Below are positions 42,133 through 60,900 of a DNA stretch of 64,000 nt, in pieces. The notes below the pieces were generated by a model, which had not been told where the DNA came from, made no database searches, and was given only the letters and a program-made list of their open reading frames with translations. The translations under genes were made by a program, and so were the position numbers. How positions within the stretch are numbered: position 1 is the stretch's first letter; each line of letters starts with the position of its first letter. Source of the stretch: the human T2T-CHM13v2.0 reference genome, Homo sapiens; assembly GCF_009914755.1 (NCBI RefSeq), contig NC_060927.1, one strand, 5' to 3'.

Positions 42133-44029
42133 GGTTCTCATGGTTTTCTAAATGTGTTTGCTGTTGTCATGCTCTTTTCCTTCTTCCACAAAGTTTTGCT
42201 TTTGTTTTCTTACACTTAAAATCCTCAACTATTTCAGCATTTTATTTCATTTTTTGTATATAGTTTCTAACCCTTTACTTAAAATATTTATCTACTAAAT
42301 ATGTGCTAATATATACTAACGTATACTAAATGTCAAACATCTTAGGTTTTGTTAGAGTTGTAGAGTATTGACCTTCAACTTTGGAAATGTGTTTTTGCAT
42401 CTGGATTTCCTACTTGTACCTGCTTTTGAATAAGGAGTCACATAGCCTTATGAGTAATTGGATCTTTTGTGCAATTAGAACTTTTCCCTGCATTATAATT
42501 TATAGCATGGTTGAATTGAGCAATGTGTAATGAGTCATTTTTCTGAGGCTTTTAAGGAAGTTATTTCTGAAGGTCTGCCTAAGAGGCTAAAATATGTCTG
42601 AATTAAAAGGAATGACAGGCTGCAATCAGGACTGTAAAATAAAGGTGCTCAGTAAGCAGCCCTATTACAATCAGAAAGTGAAGGAAACGGATCTCTGTCT
42701 TGTGTGCAGAGGCAGAGGAAATGATGAATACCTTAGGTAACTCATTCTGTGCAAAATCAATCTTTCACTGTCAATTTTAAATGAACTAATTTGTTCACAA
42801 ATCTGCTCAGTCAGTTTGGAAGCATACTCTGTTCCTTCATATTAGCAAATCCTTTAATCTTGACTAGTCCACTGAGTAAGAAATCTAGAAATGTGTTAAT
42901 ATGATTGGACGTATGTAGTAGGATAAGAATTGATTCTTTTAATTAGTGTCTGCTCAAGTTAGAGTCCCTTTCTTGGCTGAACTATTGACCCACTAATATA
43001 TCAAGAGATTATGTTATGACTAACATATATCCAAAGTTCAATTTAACTCTTTCTTTACTGGCCAAGATTGCAGTAAACTTTCTAGGACTAAATCCTTTAC
43101 TTCTTTTTCAAGGACTGGTTAGCTGTAGATGTTATATGAAAAGTAGCAAATGCATAAATGTCTGAACATTGTTTATACATCATAACATATCTACAAATTG
43201 TGCAATAATGTAGCACTCATTGTTTTGGAAATGCAAATTATCATAGATTTAATTGTCATCTATTAAAATGAAATGATGTCCCATATAAGTTCTTATATGA
43301 GCTTCAATTTTAAATACTTTGAATTTGTATGCAAATTCCTTCCATGGTGTTATTGAATAATATGAGAAAGAAATTCAAGAAATACTGTATAATATAAGAT
43401 TTTGTTATGAGATATGGAAATAAGGTATTCTAAGTATTATGAGTCTTTTTGTTATTTTACATATACTGGTAGTTACTGAAAAGTTATGTGCATTTTGATT
43501 CAGAAAGAGAACAATATGAAAAGTCTGTGTAAAATAGATGGCTATAAAACCTAAGGATACATTTCAAATCTGTTTTTTTTTGCTTAAATACATTCATAAC
43601 AATGTATTCTTAAGTGAATAACATCTGACTATGTCTTTTAAAAGAAAATGTAGAATTATATACACAAACACACATTGTACAGTATGTTAAAAAATCTGTA
43701 TTAAAGAGATAATCCCTTATAAATATTATCAGTTTGGCTATTTTGCCAGTTTTAAAAATATTTTCTATCACTTTAAACACTTAGAGTATTAACATAGTAT
43801 TTAGCAATGCATTTGCTCATATATTTCACCCACACTATGGGGAAAAAGATTGAAGGTGTGAGTACCTTTTAACTTATTCAACAAATATTTATTTAACAAA
43901 TATTTATTTTACATCTTCTGAGTGTGGTGTCCAGTACCAGGTATTTTGTGGAATTCCAAAAGCTGTCTAATATAGTACCTGACTTAAAGGAAGTTATAAT
44001 TTGAACTTTAATTTCAGAGTCTATGCATT

Positions 44030-44235
44030 ATCTTAATGTGAATATTGAGTTTAGGCTTTGCTCCATTCTGATATCCTTATCTTCTTCCTCAAAACTACTG
44101 TAATCATAGTCTTTTCTCCTTCCACTTGTGACAATTATATTCTTCCAGTTGATCAAACCAAAAACTTTTAGAATCATCTTTAACCTCTCCCATTCCCTCT
44201 CACTCCAACCCAGTTTGGTAATAAGTACAATTACC
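44030..44235 (+). mobile_element. L2 fragment
   Basis: TTCTTCCAGTTGATCAAACCAAAAACTTTTAGAATCATCTTTAACCTCTCCCATTCCCTC. Confidence 0.65.
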
Positions 44236-44259
44236 ACTATCTTAAATTATCAAAGGGTT

Positions 44260-44648
44260 GTACAAATGGGTAATTAAGAAAGTGCCGGTAGGAGACAAAG
44301 CTAAGGGAGTAAGCCTAGGGAAGAAGATGCCCTGAAAGTGTTCAGCTTCAGGGAGAGTCTCAGGAAGAAGCTTGTGCCTGATTTCATAAGGGTGCCTCTG
44401 GCATAGGTGCTGGGCTTTCACATGTTGATACCCATACATCCTTTTCTAAACTTATCCTGGAAGAGTGTAAATTCCTCAGCACTTCCAGCAATCTGAGTAT
44501 GCAAGAGAGAACTGCTCCAGTATCCTGAGGGCAGTCTTCCAGCTACAGCTGCAGGCCATTAGAAAGGAAGACTCACAGGGCTGAGAGCGGAGTGCACAGA
44601 AGAGGGAAGAAGGTAGATCCCGAGGGAGCACAAAGTGTGCCTGTTATA
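44260..44648 (-). mobile_element. LTR33-like old ERVL LTR
   Basis: AATTCCTCAGCACTTCCAG...GCTCCAGTATCCTGAGGGCAGTC...ACTCACAGGGCTG...GATCCCGAGGGAGCACAAAGTGTGCCTGTTATA. Confidence 0.55.
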
Positions 44649-44649
44649 C

Positions 44650-46140
44650 TCAGCAATCCCATCTCTATTCCAAAGACATCCTGGCAAAAATACAAAATAA
44701 AAACTTCACAAGACTATTTATAGTGGTATGATCTCTTAGACCTAAGAATGAAATCAACCCCAATGTCTATCAATAGGAGAATGTGTGTCTGCGTATTTGA
44801 GAGCCTTACAAATGCAAAATGAATGAGGAAGATATCTGTCTTCCTTATGATGTAGAGTTTTATCCAGGGTCTATGTAAAGTGAAAAAAACAAGGATGCCA
44901 ATTTTAGTCTAAGAAAGTGGTGAAAATATGATTATTCATATGGACTACTTGCTTATATTAAAAAACAAGTAATAGAAAAAAACCCTCCAAATTAATAATA
45001 TGGCTACTTTTAGGGGAAGCAAAAAACCAGAATGGATGGAACAGGGATGGAAGTAAAACCTCTGTTAGCCCACATTATCATAGAACTGTGTAACTGTTTA
45101 ACATTATTGCAATACAAATTTAAATGAAGAAATTCCCTAAAAGATTAAAAATGACTAAAACAAGTAAACCTAACTTTATATCACATGGAAGAATAACCAG
45201 AAAGAGAAAATACTTTGAAATACAGTACTTTGACTGGATATCCATGGTATACTATATTCAAAGGATAAAAAAGCAAATAAACTTTATGCAATATTATTAA
45301 TGGTAATATTCTTTTATTTATTTATTTTGAGACAGGGTCTTGCCCTGTCACCCAGCTTTGAGTGCAGTGACATGATCATGGCTCATTGCAGCCTTGACAT
45401 CTTGGGTTCAAGCAATCCTCCCATTTCAGCCTCCCAAGTATCTGGGACTACAGGTTTGTGCCACCACACCTGGTTAATTTTTGTGGTTTTTATAGAGGTG
45501 GGGTCTCACTATGTTGCCCAGGCTTGTCTTGAACTTCTGGTGTCAGGTGATTCTCTTGCTTTGGCCTCCCAAAGTGCTGAGATTACAGTTATATTTTAGT
45601 TTTGAACTTAAAGGTATATTTTAAAATAAAGAAAAATAATTGTGTTAATAACATTGGAAACCATATATATTTTTCATGTTAAAAAAGATAAAATTATAAA
45701 ACAGGGAAGTTAAATAAATTTCTATAACTTTAAAACATCGGTATTAGTTAAAATTTATCTTTATTGTGTGTGTATGTATTTTTTTCCCTTGCTTTGTCAC
45801 TAGAAAACAAGCTGTAAAAACTCTACAGCAATGATCATTCCTAGCATCCAGATTGTGGTCTTTACATATAATTTGCCACCAAAAGGAGCCAAGGTCCAAG
45901 GTTGCTTGGAGAAATGACTAACTCTGGGGCTGAGCTAGGGGATGTCCAAACAAGGACTGAACATTTGTTATACCAGGAAGAAAGGAAGCCCTCAAAGATT
46001 ATTAAGCAAACATATGCCAAAAGGATAAGGAGCCAATTTGAAAGTGCTCCCACTGGCCTAAAATAGAACAATTTGAATGCCAAAATAAATTATGATTAAA
46101 ATAGATAGAAATAAACACATATAGAAATATCTTTAAACTC
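44650..46140 (+). mobile_element. L1MC/L1ME 3' region split by AluJ
   Basis: CAGCAATCCCA...AATGTCTATCAATAGGAGAAT; after the Alu CCTAGCATCCAGATTGTGGTC...CTTGGAGAAATGACT...GCTCCCACTGGCC (L1MC4/5-type 3'UTR). Confidence 0.7.
45311..45588 (-). mobile_element. AluJ, slightly 5'-truncated
   Basis: GAGACAGGGTCTTGC...ATCATGGCTCATTGCAGCCTTGAC...GGGTCTCACTATGTTGCCCAGGCT. Confidence 0.93.
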
Positions 46141-46154
46141 TCAATGCAATTCTT

Positions 46155-47200
46155 ATCAAAATCCCAGCTGACATTTTTTTTGCAGAAATTTGCAAACTAA
46201 TTCTAAATATCTGAATTCATCAGAGATAAAAACCTTTTGTGCTTCAAATGACATCATCAAAAAAGTGAACAGAAAAACTACCCCCAACTGGAAGAAAATA
46301 CTTGAAAATCGTGCATCTGACAAAGAATTATTATCTAGAATATACAAAGAACTTTTATAACAATAATAAAAAGACAACCCAATTATGAAAATGGGAAAAA
46401 TATTTTAATAGACATTTCTCCAAAGAAAGTATATTAATTGGTAATAAGTGCCTAAAATGACATTCAACATCATTAGGCATTTGGAAGGTAAATTAAAACC
46501 ACAAAGAGATATCACTTCTACCCAGTGAAGTGGCTATAATAGTAAGGCAGGCAATAATAAGTGTTAGCATAGACGTGGACAAATTGGGAACTTAATCCAT
46601 TGCTGGTGGGAATGTAAAATGAGCAGCCACTTTGGAAAAAAGTCTTTAGTAGATCCTCAAAATATTAAACACAGAGTTCCCATGTGACATAGGAATATCA
46701 CAACTAGTTATGTACCCAAAATAAATGAAAATATATGTCAACACAATAACTTGTACATGGATGGTGACATGGTGACAGTAGCATTATTTATAATAGCCAA
46801 AAAGCAGAAACAGTCAAATTGACAATCAACAGATGAATGAATGCAAAAATAGTATATATTTATATAATAGAATATTATTTGTCAATAAAAAGGAATGAAG
46901 CACTAATACATGCTACAATATAGATAAACTTCAAAAACATTATGCTAAGTGAAAGAAGCAAGTTGCAAAAGACAATCTATTGCATAGTATTATTTATATG
47001 AGATGTCCAGAATAGGCAAATCTATAGAGACAGAAAGTTAATTAGTCATGGCCTAGGCTGAGGGTAGGGGGAGGGAGAATGGGGAATGAGTGCTAATGAG
47101 TAAAGATTTCTTTCCGAAATTATGAAAATGTTCTAGAATTAGATTATATAGTTGAACAACTGTAAAGATAGTGGGATCCATTGAACTATGTACTTTAAAA
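46155..47200 (+). mobile_element. L1MB-type 3' fragment
   Basis: CAAAATCCCAGCTG...ATCTAGAATATACAAAGAAC...TTGCTGGTGGGAATGTAAAAT...TCCAGAATAGGCAAATCTATAGAGACAGAAAGT. Confidence 0.88.
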
Positions 47201-47209
47201 TATGTATTT

Positions 47210-47917
47210 CCCACACCAGTCAGAATGGCTATTATTAAAAAGTCAAAAAACAACAGATGCTGATGAGGTTGTAAAGAAAAAGGAACACTTTTACACTCGT
47301 GGTGGGAGTGTAAATTAGTTCAACCATTGTGGAAGACAGTGTGGCAATTCCTCAAAGACATAGAGGTAGTAATAGCTTTCAACCCAGCAATCCCATTTTT
47401 GGGTATATACCCCCAAAATATAAATTGTTCTATTATAAAGACACATGCACGCATATGTTCATTGCAGCATTCTTCACGATAGCAAAGACATGGAGTCAAT
47501 CTAAATGCCCATCAATGATAGACTTGGTTAAAAAAAAATGTGGTACATGTGCACCACGGAATACTATGCATCCACAAAAAGGAATGAGATTATGTTCTTT
47601 GCAGGGACATGGATGGGGCTCGAGGCCATTATTCTTAGCAAACCAATGCAGGAACAGAAAACCAAATACCTCATGTTCTCACTTACAAGTGGGAGCTAAA
47701 TGATGAGAACACATGGACACATGGTGGAGAACAACACACACTGGGGCCTGTTGGAGGGCAGGGGCTGGGAGGAAGGAGAGGATCGGGAAGAATAGCTGAT
47801 GAATGCTTGGCTTAATAACTGGGTGATGGGATGATCTGTGCAGCAAACCACCATGGCACACATCTTACCCATGTAACAAACCTGCACATGTACCCCTGAA
47901 CTTAAAAGCTGGAAAAA
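47210..47917 (+). mobile_element. L1PA13-16-type 3' fragment
   Basis: CACACCAGTCAGAATGGCTATTATTAAAAAGTCAAAAAACAACAGATGCTG...ATCTGTGCAGCAAACCACCATGGCACA...GTACCCCTGAACTTAAAA. Confidence 0.9.
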
Positions 47918-48721
47918 TGTATCTATGAGCTCATAATAATTCCTAAAACACACACATGCACACACATACACAAAATTAGTTACCATTGGTAGTTGCTAAG
48001 GTGCCAGTTTAACATTCTGAAAATTTATTAAAAAAATATAAAATTACATTTGTGAAATTTTATATTTAGTGTAAGCAATATTTATTTGTCATACTATTTC
48101 AGTGAGCAGTAACTTGAAAATATTTTATACCAAGCCTAAAATATGTAAGAAGTTGTAGGTTATAAATTTGACAGTGTTCTTCACAGTGCATACAGTTAAA
48201 AAACAAGTCAATAAAATTTGTTTTATTTATGATATGGATTCCAATATTGCAAATAATATTTATTTTGTTTTCTTCATAAGTTTCTTTCCCTCTCTGAACT
48301 TTCTTCTTTGGCTTATTTGGTTTGTACTTCATGAATTCAATCAATCTTAGGAAACAGACCTGCTGAAAAAAAATTTCAGTGCTAACTAGATACCAATTTA
48401 CTTACACACTCATGCGCACAAACAATTCGTGGAACAGTTTATTTCCCTATAAATAGCATTAATTTTCAACCTGAAGTTTTCAGCAAGATACTTTCTAATG
48501 GACGTGAAAGTCAATCCACATCAGCAACATAACATTATGTAATTAACATAGATATATATTAGATAGAAGCAAAAATAAATTTCAATCCAGAAAACTGAAA
48601 AAATAAACTTAATGAATGATGTTGAATAAAAATGAACAGGACTTAACCCTCTATGGAACTTCTCTTAAATTTTTCTCAGAGATATTATAGCTTTAACAAT
48701 GTAATATCTTTTTGCAAGACA

Positions 48722-48833
48722 GTGTGTGTGTGTATATATGTAAATATGTGTGTACATATGTATATATGTGTGTATATATGTGTCTGTGTCTCTGTGTGTG
48801 TTTGTGTGTGCGTGTATGTGTGCGTGTATGTGT
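48722..48833. repeat. Degenerate (TG/TA)n simple repeat
   Basis: Mostly alternating purine-pyrimidine tract seen directly. Confidence 0.9.
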
Positions 48834-50300
48834 TAAGCTGTATTTCAGGCCTCTATTTGACTTCCAGAACCAGATCAAAAATCTGCACCCTGAGGCTGCA
48901 AAAACTCAGTTTCCGTTTTGTTGCTACAGGAAAACAGCACAAGGGAAGTACTGGCAAGAAGTGAGACTGGTCAGTGCATCTGCCATCCCTGGGTGCTGTC
49001 TTGGTGAGACCCCATCAGTCCTCTCCACCTTGTGCACTGATGCTGAAGACTCCCCCCTGACCAGATCCTAGTCATTTGCCAGGCTCTCTCTGTCATGAGA
49101 AGTTACACTGGCAACTGATCCTCATGCTCAGTCTGCTGTCAAAGCATTCCAATTTTTAATCGCTACATGACTTGTCACATTGAATATGAACCACATGCCT
49201 ACAATGCAATCTCTCTAATAATGAGAATGCCAAAAAAAAGGGGAACTCTGGGCAGGTCTCCTGTCACTGTTGACATTCTAAAACTAAGTTTGAGAAAGCT
49301 CCACAACTGAAAATTATGTTTGCACCTTGAGAAACTAAATTATTAATTTACACAATAACGCATTATATTGTCAAAAGCATGTGCCTGCACTTACTGAACG
49401 TTTCTAAGGTTCTGGCTAACCCTCATAGACCATATTTCCACTGTGGAAAAGAATTCATCTCCCACGATCAGCAAAGAAAGCAGCCAAACTTCAGTCCCAG
49501 ATCTGTACACCACATCTGTCATTTCCTTACCTACTGGGAGATAGTCTCATCTTGGCTAAATTTAGTTGGAAATGCTAAGGCATATTTTAAGAATTCTTCT
49601 TAAATTCTGAATGATGAACTTTATTTTTCAGAGAATGTTACCTGAATCATAGTCTCAGTTATTTCTTCCCTAGATTTTGAGATTTGTTACTTCCACAGGA
49701 TTGAGAATTAAGACGAAAATGGAAGAAAATTTTTTTATTAATTAAAAATTGAAATTAGTTTACTTGCATTTATGTTTAGATATTGATCCTATGTTTTGAA
49801 TGTGTTTAAAAGAGATGTGCCAAATACTATTATTTACTGGATTTCTGTACAGATGAAAGCCACATCAGCCAAAAGATCCTGTCCACAGAACCTAATGTGT
49901 ATGTATTATAACTATAGGCAGTCAATTTTAATTCAACAGCACGTCCTCAGCATTATACTGAAATCAGGTAAAATAGCCTTGTAGACCCTATGTGGAGTGA
50001 ATACCTTGGTAATAAGACATTTCTTCTTCTTTCATTTGTTCTTTGAGTCTGCTCATTATTTATTCAGTAGTCTAGTGGATTTCTTTCTTTTTTTTATTAT
50101 TATACTTTAAGTTCTGGGATACATGTGCAGAACGTGCAGGTTTGTTACATAGGCATACATGTGCCATTGTGGTTTGCTGCACCCATCAACCCATCATCAA
50201 CATTAGGTATTTCTCCTAATGCTATCCCTCCCTTTGCCCCCAACCCCGACAAGCCCCAGTGTGTGATGTGCCATTCTCAGTGTCCATATGTTCTCATTGT

Positions 50301-54443
<4,143 letters not shown>

Positions 54444-54506
54444 TATGATGCTAGCTGGTTCTTTTGCCCATTAGTTGATGCAGTTTCTTCACAGTGTTGA
54501 TGGTCT

Positions 54507-55527
54507 TCACAATTTGGTATGTTTTCACAGTGGCTGGTACCCATTTTTCCTTTCTATATTTAGTGCTTCCTTCAGGAGCTCTTGTAAGGCAGGCCTGGTG
54601 GAGACAAAATCTCTCAGCATTTGCTTGCCTATAAAGGATTTTATTTCTCCTTCACTTATGAAGCTTAATTTGGCTAGATATGAAATTCTGGGTTGAAAAT
54701 TCTTTTCTTTAAGAATGCTGAATATTGGCCTCCACTCTTCTGGCTTGCAAGGTTTCTGCAGAGAGATCTGCTGTTAGTCTGATGGGCTTCCCTTTGTGGG
54801 TAACCTGACCTTTTTCTCTGGCTGCCCTTAACAATTTTTCCTTCATTTCAACCTGGGTGAATCTGATGATTGTGTGCCTTGGGGTTGCTCTTCTCAAGGA
54901 GTATCTTAGTGGTGTTCTCTGTATTTCCTGAATTCGAATGTTGGCCTATCTTGCTAGGTTGGGGAAGTTCTCTTGGATAATATCCTGAAGAGTGTTTTCC
55001 AACTTGGTTCCATTCTCCCCATCACTTTAAAGTACACTAATCACACGTAGGTTTAGTCTTTTCACATAGTCTCATATTTCTATGAGGCTTTGTTCATTCC
55101 TTTTCATTCTTTTTTCTCTAATCTTGTTTTCACACTTTATTTAATTAAGTTGATTTTCAATCTCTAATATCCTTTCTTCCACTTGATCAGTTTGGCTATT
55201 GATACTCGTGTATGCTTCACGAAGTTCTCGTGCTGTGCTTTTCAGCTCCATCAGGTCATTTATGTTCTTCTCTAAACTGGTTATTCTGGTTAGCAGTTCC
55301 TGTTACCTTTTATAAAGGTTCTTAGCTTCCTTGCACTGGGTTAGGACATGCTCCTTTAGCTTGGAGGAGTTTGTTATTACCCACCTTCTGAATGCTACTT
55401 CTGTCAATTCATCAAACTCATTCTCCACCCAGTTTTTTACCCTTACTGGTGAGTTGTGATCCTCTGGAGTGGAAGAGGCATTCTGATTTTTGGAATTTTC
55501 AGTCTCTTTGTGCTGGCTTTTCCTCAT
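54507..55527 (-). pseudogene. Disrupted L1 ORF1
   Basis: MRKSQHKETENSKNQ...ENEFDELTEVAFRRWVITN and RRATPRHTIIRFTQVEMKEKLLRAAREKGQVTHKGKPIRLTADLSAETLQARR, broken by stops/frameshifts. Confidence 0.93.
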
Positions 55528-56859
55528 CTTCGTGGATTTAACTACTTTTGATCTTTGATGTTGATGACCTTTGGATGGGGTTTTGCGTGGAAGTCTTTTT
55601 TGTTGATGTTGATGCTATTCCTTTCTGTTTGTTAGTTTTCCTTCGAACAGTCAGGCTTCTCTTCTGCAGGTCTGCTGGAGTTTGCAGGAGATCCACCCCA
55701 GAGCCTGTTTGCCTGGGTGTCACCAGCAGGGGCTTCAGAACAGCAAAGATTGCTGCCTGCTTTTTCCTCTGGAAACTTCGTCCCAGAGGGGCACCCACCA
55801 GATGGCAGCCGGAGCTCTCCTGTATGAGGTGTCTGTCGACTCCTGCTGGGAGGTGTCTACCAGTCAGGAGGCACAGAGGTCAGGGACCCACTTGGGGAAG
55901 CAGTCTGTCCCTTAGCAGAGCTTGAGCGCTGTGCTGGAAGATCCACTGCTCTCTTCAGAGCCAGCAGGCAGGAACATTTAAGTGTGCTGAAGCTGTGCCC
56001 ACAGCTGCCCCTTCCCCCAGGTGCTCTGTCCCAGGGAGATGGGAGTTTTATCTATAAGCTCCTGACTGGGACTGCTGCCTTTCTTTCAGAGATGCCCTGC
56101 CTAGAGAGGAGGAATCTAGAGAGGCAGTCTGGCTACAACAGCTTTGCCGAGCTGCAGTGGTTTAAACCCAGTTTGAACTTCCTGGCAGTTTTGTTTACAC
56201 TGTGAGGGGAAAACCGCCTACTCAAGCCTCAGTAATGGTAGACGGCCCTCCCCACACCAAGCTCAAGCGTCCCAGGTTCACTTCAGACTGCTGTGCTGGC
56301 AGCGAGAATTTCAAGCCAGTGGATCTTAGCTCACTGGGCTCCATGGAATTGGGATCCACTGAGCAAGACCACTTGGCTTCCTGGCTTCAGCCCCCTTTCC
56401 AGGGGAGTGAGCAGTTCAGTCTTGCTGGCGTTTCAGGTGCCACTGGAGTACAGAAAAAAAACTCCTGCAGTTAGCTTGGTGTCTGCCCAAATGGCCGCCC
56501 AGTTTTGTACTTGAAACCCAGGGCCCTGGTGGTGTAGGCACCTAAGGGAGTATCCTGGTCTGCGGGTTGTGAAAACCTTGGGAAAAATGTAGTATCTGGG
56601 CCGGATAGCACCATCCCTCAAGGCACAGTTCTTCACAGCTTTTGTTGGCTGGGGGAGGGAGTTCCCCAATCCCTTGTGCTTCGTGGGTGAGGTGATGCCC
56701 CACCCTGCTTCTGCTTGCCCTCTGTGGGCTGCGCCCACTGTCTAACCAGTTCCAATGAGATAAGCTGGGTACCTCAGTTGGAAACGCAGAAATCAACCAC
56801 CTTCTGGCTGGGAGCTGCAGACCAGAGCTGTTCCTATTCAGCCATCTTGCCCTGGACCT
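55528..56859 (-). promoter_or_regulatory. L1 5'UTR internal promoter remnant with YY1-type motif
   Basis: CAAGATGGCTG on minus strand at 56839-56849; GC-richer, CpG-decayed. Confidence 0.7.
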
Positions 56860-58881
56860 GTCTAGTGGATTTCTACTGCTTGTGTCATGGGGCATTTGTT
56901 CATTTGCAGAGGTAAACAACACTCCACATTTCCTTGGCGAAGCCACCTCTGCTCTGTCAGTGTGTATAAGGTAGGCCTGGTAATAAGACATGTCTATATT
57001 TGGCTTAACTAATAAAAAACAATCAATTTCCATCCTGGTTTCTCAGAATATTTTTTTTTTTCAAAGTATTCATTTGGCTGTTGTTTCAGGTCTTTGTTTT
57101 CTGAGTACCAACATGCAGGAAAAAGTTGTGATTAGTTAATCTATGGTTCTGTTCTTAAAATAGCAACCCCTCAAGAACTCTATTTTGGGAAGTGCAGGCT
57201 AAATAGTCAAGTCCTGGAGAAAGCACAACATGCATTAGATTTCTTATTACCAGATCTTCTGCATTGTTGCTAAGTGTTACTGTCCCTTAAACTGAAAAAT
57301 GTTTTAATGATTTATGGAATTCAGACTTCCATTAATCTCCTTTGGAACTGCCAAGCATGTCTCATCTGAATACAAAAGCTCAGCTCTTCATTTATCTTTT
57401 GAAAAGAAAACCAAGAATAAATTCTACTTACTACTTCCTTTCTACTTGCTGTAAGCCAGTCCTGGACCAAGAAATGTCTTGAAAGGAAAATGAAAGCACA
57501 TTTTAAAAAATACTAAAATCCATTTACAACTTAGAAGTTTACTGAATAGAAGCATTTACAAAATCTTTATCTTGTTTACAGATGCAGGGCTATGGCTACA
57601 CTCCTAGACCTGGGCTGCTTGGGGGTATCATTATGTCATATTAGTCTTTATGTCCACTGTAAGAATACAATTCTTAGTCATAAATAAAGCAGATACAAAC
57701 TACATGTTTTGTAAATTAAACTTCTTACAAAGATAAAAACTAGTTTCTATTAAGTCAATGGAGAGTCCTCCTCCCTACAAATTATTATCCATAGCTTTCT
57801 AATTACATATATTGAAAGAATCATATCCCTAGAGTTTTTGTTGTTCATTTTTTCTATTATTTTTCTCTATTATTTATTAATTCTATTATTTTTATTCTTT
57901 GTTATAAACACTGGAATCGAATACTATATAACATTCTGACCCTTAAATTTCCTACCCATTACATTAGTACAAATCTTACAAATTTACAAGGCCTAGTCAG
58001 CTTATCGAGAGAGTGGAAATATCCCATGCCTAGTGAACCAAGAACCTAGAATATTTCTCGTTAAAAGGAACTCTGCAATTCATACCCTTAAAGCTGCATT
58101 TCTTTTCTTTTTAATTCAATTCAAAGTACACACCAATAAAAAATAGAGTTTCATAGGATTACACTGATAATCCCAATTTTGGTTAAGTATGACCATTAAA
58201 ATCTTATTTGCATTTGAATTAATTGCCCATTTTTCTCCACTTTGGTAATAAAACAAACGAATTGAGGTATCACACAATTAATCTACACTATCTACCTCAA
58301 CCATTTTTATGTTTACTTCAAAAATTCAAATACTAGAGTTGGTAGTGATATATTGAAGGATCTAAATTACATCCATTGTAGTTTCCATTTTTTGTCTTTC
58401 AGCATGGTTTTCCCATTTACCTTGAAGAGTTTTCTGTTCTGTGCAAACCTTTCTATGTACTTTGGAAGCAAAGTTCTTCCCTGAGGGAGTGCTGATTTTT
58501 TGCATTGATGATCACTTAAGGGGATCCTGCATGAATTGCATTGCATCCTCTGGAAATCTTATTTTGCTTTACATCATGTGGCGCAACTCATTTAACTCAT
58601 CCTTGAAAATGATGAGCATAGCTATAACCATGTTTAAATGTATTTGTATATACTTGTAAAACTCTTTTAAATTTAAACTAAATTTTAAGTGAGAGGTATA
58701 TCCACAAAATGTCCAAAGTATGATAGCTGGAAATATAAAGTCTTTTTTTCCTCATCCTTTTATGTAATGACATTTGATATACTTTCAATGCAATTTTACT
58801 TTTAGTTCTAGATAATATGAGGGTGCCATAACCATTTCACAGGTTATATGCTATTGAAGAGAAATGTTTATAATATACTGA

Positions 58882-59050
58882 TAGGGCTGCTAGATTTAGC
58901 AATAAAAAAATAGGACGTCACTCAAATTTAAATTTCAGGTAAACAATGAAATTTTAAAACTTAGTTGAGACGTACTTTCCTAAACATTATTCATTGCGTA
59001 CCTGAAATTCACAGTTGGCTTAGTGTCCTGTACTTTATCTGGCAATCCTA
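58882..59050. mobile_element. MER53 palindromic hAT MITE
   Basis: TIRs TAGGGCTGCTAGAT / ATCTGGCAATCCTA; internal inverted AATTTCAGGTAAACAATGAA / TTCATTGCGTACCTGAAATT. Confidence 0.9.
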
Positions 59051-59937
59051 TTTGTTGATCTTGATGAGGAATCTGTTAAAAATTTATAGTAAAAATACTT
59101 CTAGGAATAAGAAGGTACCACAATAGGAACACTTTCTTACATAATAAACTATTACATATGTCAGATATACGAAGGTGAAATAATATCTGTCAAAAGTAGA
59201 CTATGCACAGAGTAAAAGCACAATTTGGGGTGATTTAATCTCTATTTCATTGTCATAAAAGTGTTCATTTATTGACTACCTATGGTATTTCAGGAACTAG
59301 CTTTACTAATTCTAAGTGTAACCAAGGCAGCCAAAGTCACTATGAAGTTGGCGAGGAAGCTCTGACACTTAAAAGAAAGATACAGCCATAAAAGGGATGA
59401 ACTTATTTAGAAATTATTAGTACTAAGAGAAGGAGCCTGGGGCAGATACTTAAAGATCCCTGCATATAAAGGCTACCAGAAGAAGAGTCTATAAAAAGGC
59501 TGAGTATTTCCCACCCAAATAAACCAGAGTCCCTTGGAAAAATGGCTGACTTCAAGGCAAGGGAAGATCAAAGATGAGCCTGAAGTATCTGTGATACCAG
59601 AAAGAAGTACTGAAAAATTGATGTGGAAATGTCACAAGGATACAGGAGACAACTTGAAGGAAATATCTCATAACTCATTAAATACAACTAGATTTCATGA
59701 GTTCCTATTGGTAATAACAGATAAATAGATAGGGAGAGAAGAGAAATTTGTTCCTTGTAGTGAAGTTCTGAGTAATAAATATAGAAAGAATGATGGAGTT
59801 TGAAATCACATTTGCAACCATCATTGCAAAAATGGATTAAGGAAAGAAATGGATGGCAAATCTAGGGTGGGCAGGGAGGTTAAATGAGGTTGAGAATACT
59901 TACATAATATTAAGAATCTCCCACAAATTACTTATTA

Positions 59938-60900
<963 letters not shown>

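Noticed and set aside
48653-49071. CV/HT-rich ORFs and a + strand acceptor near 48929
   Set aside because: The ORFs come from the TG repeat; the downstream exon-like segment has no recognisable product or supporting evidence.
49854-49968. + strand AG...GT-bounded open frame MKATSAKRS...
   Set aside because: Moderate splice signals, no homology recognised.
57582-57624. Strong + acceptor followed by ATG (MQGYGYTPRPGLLG)
   Set aside because: Weak donor (GGG|GTATCA) and no other support.
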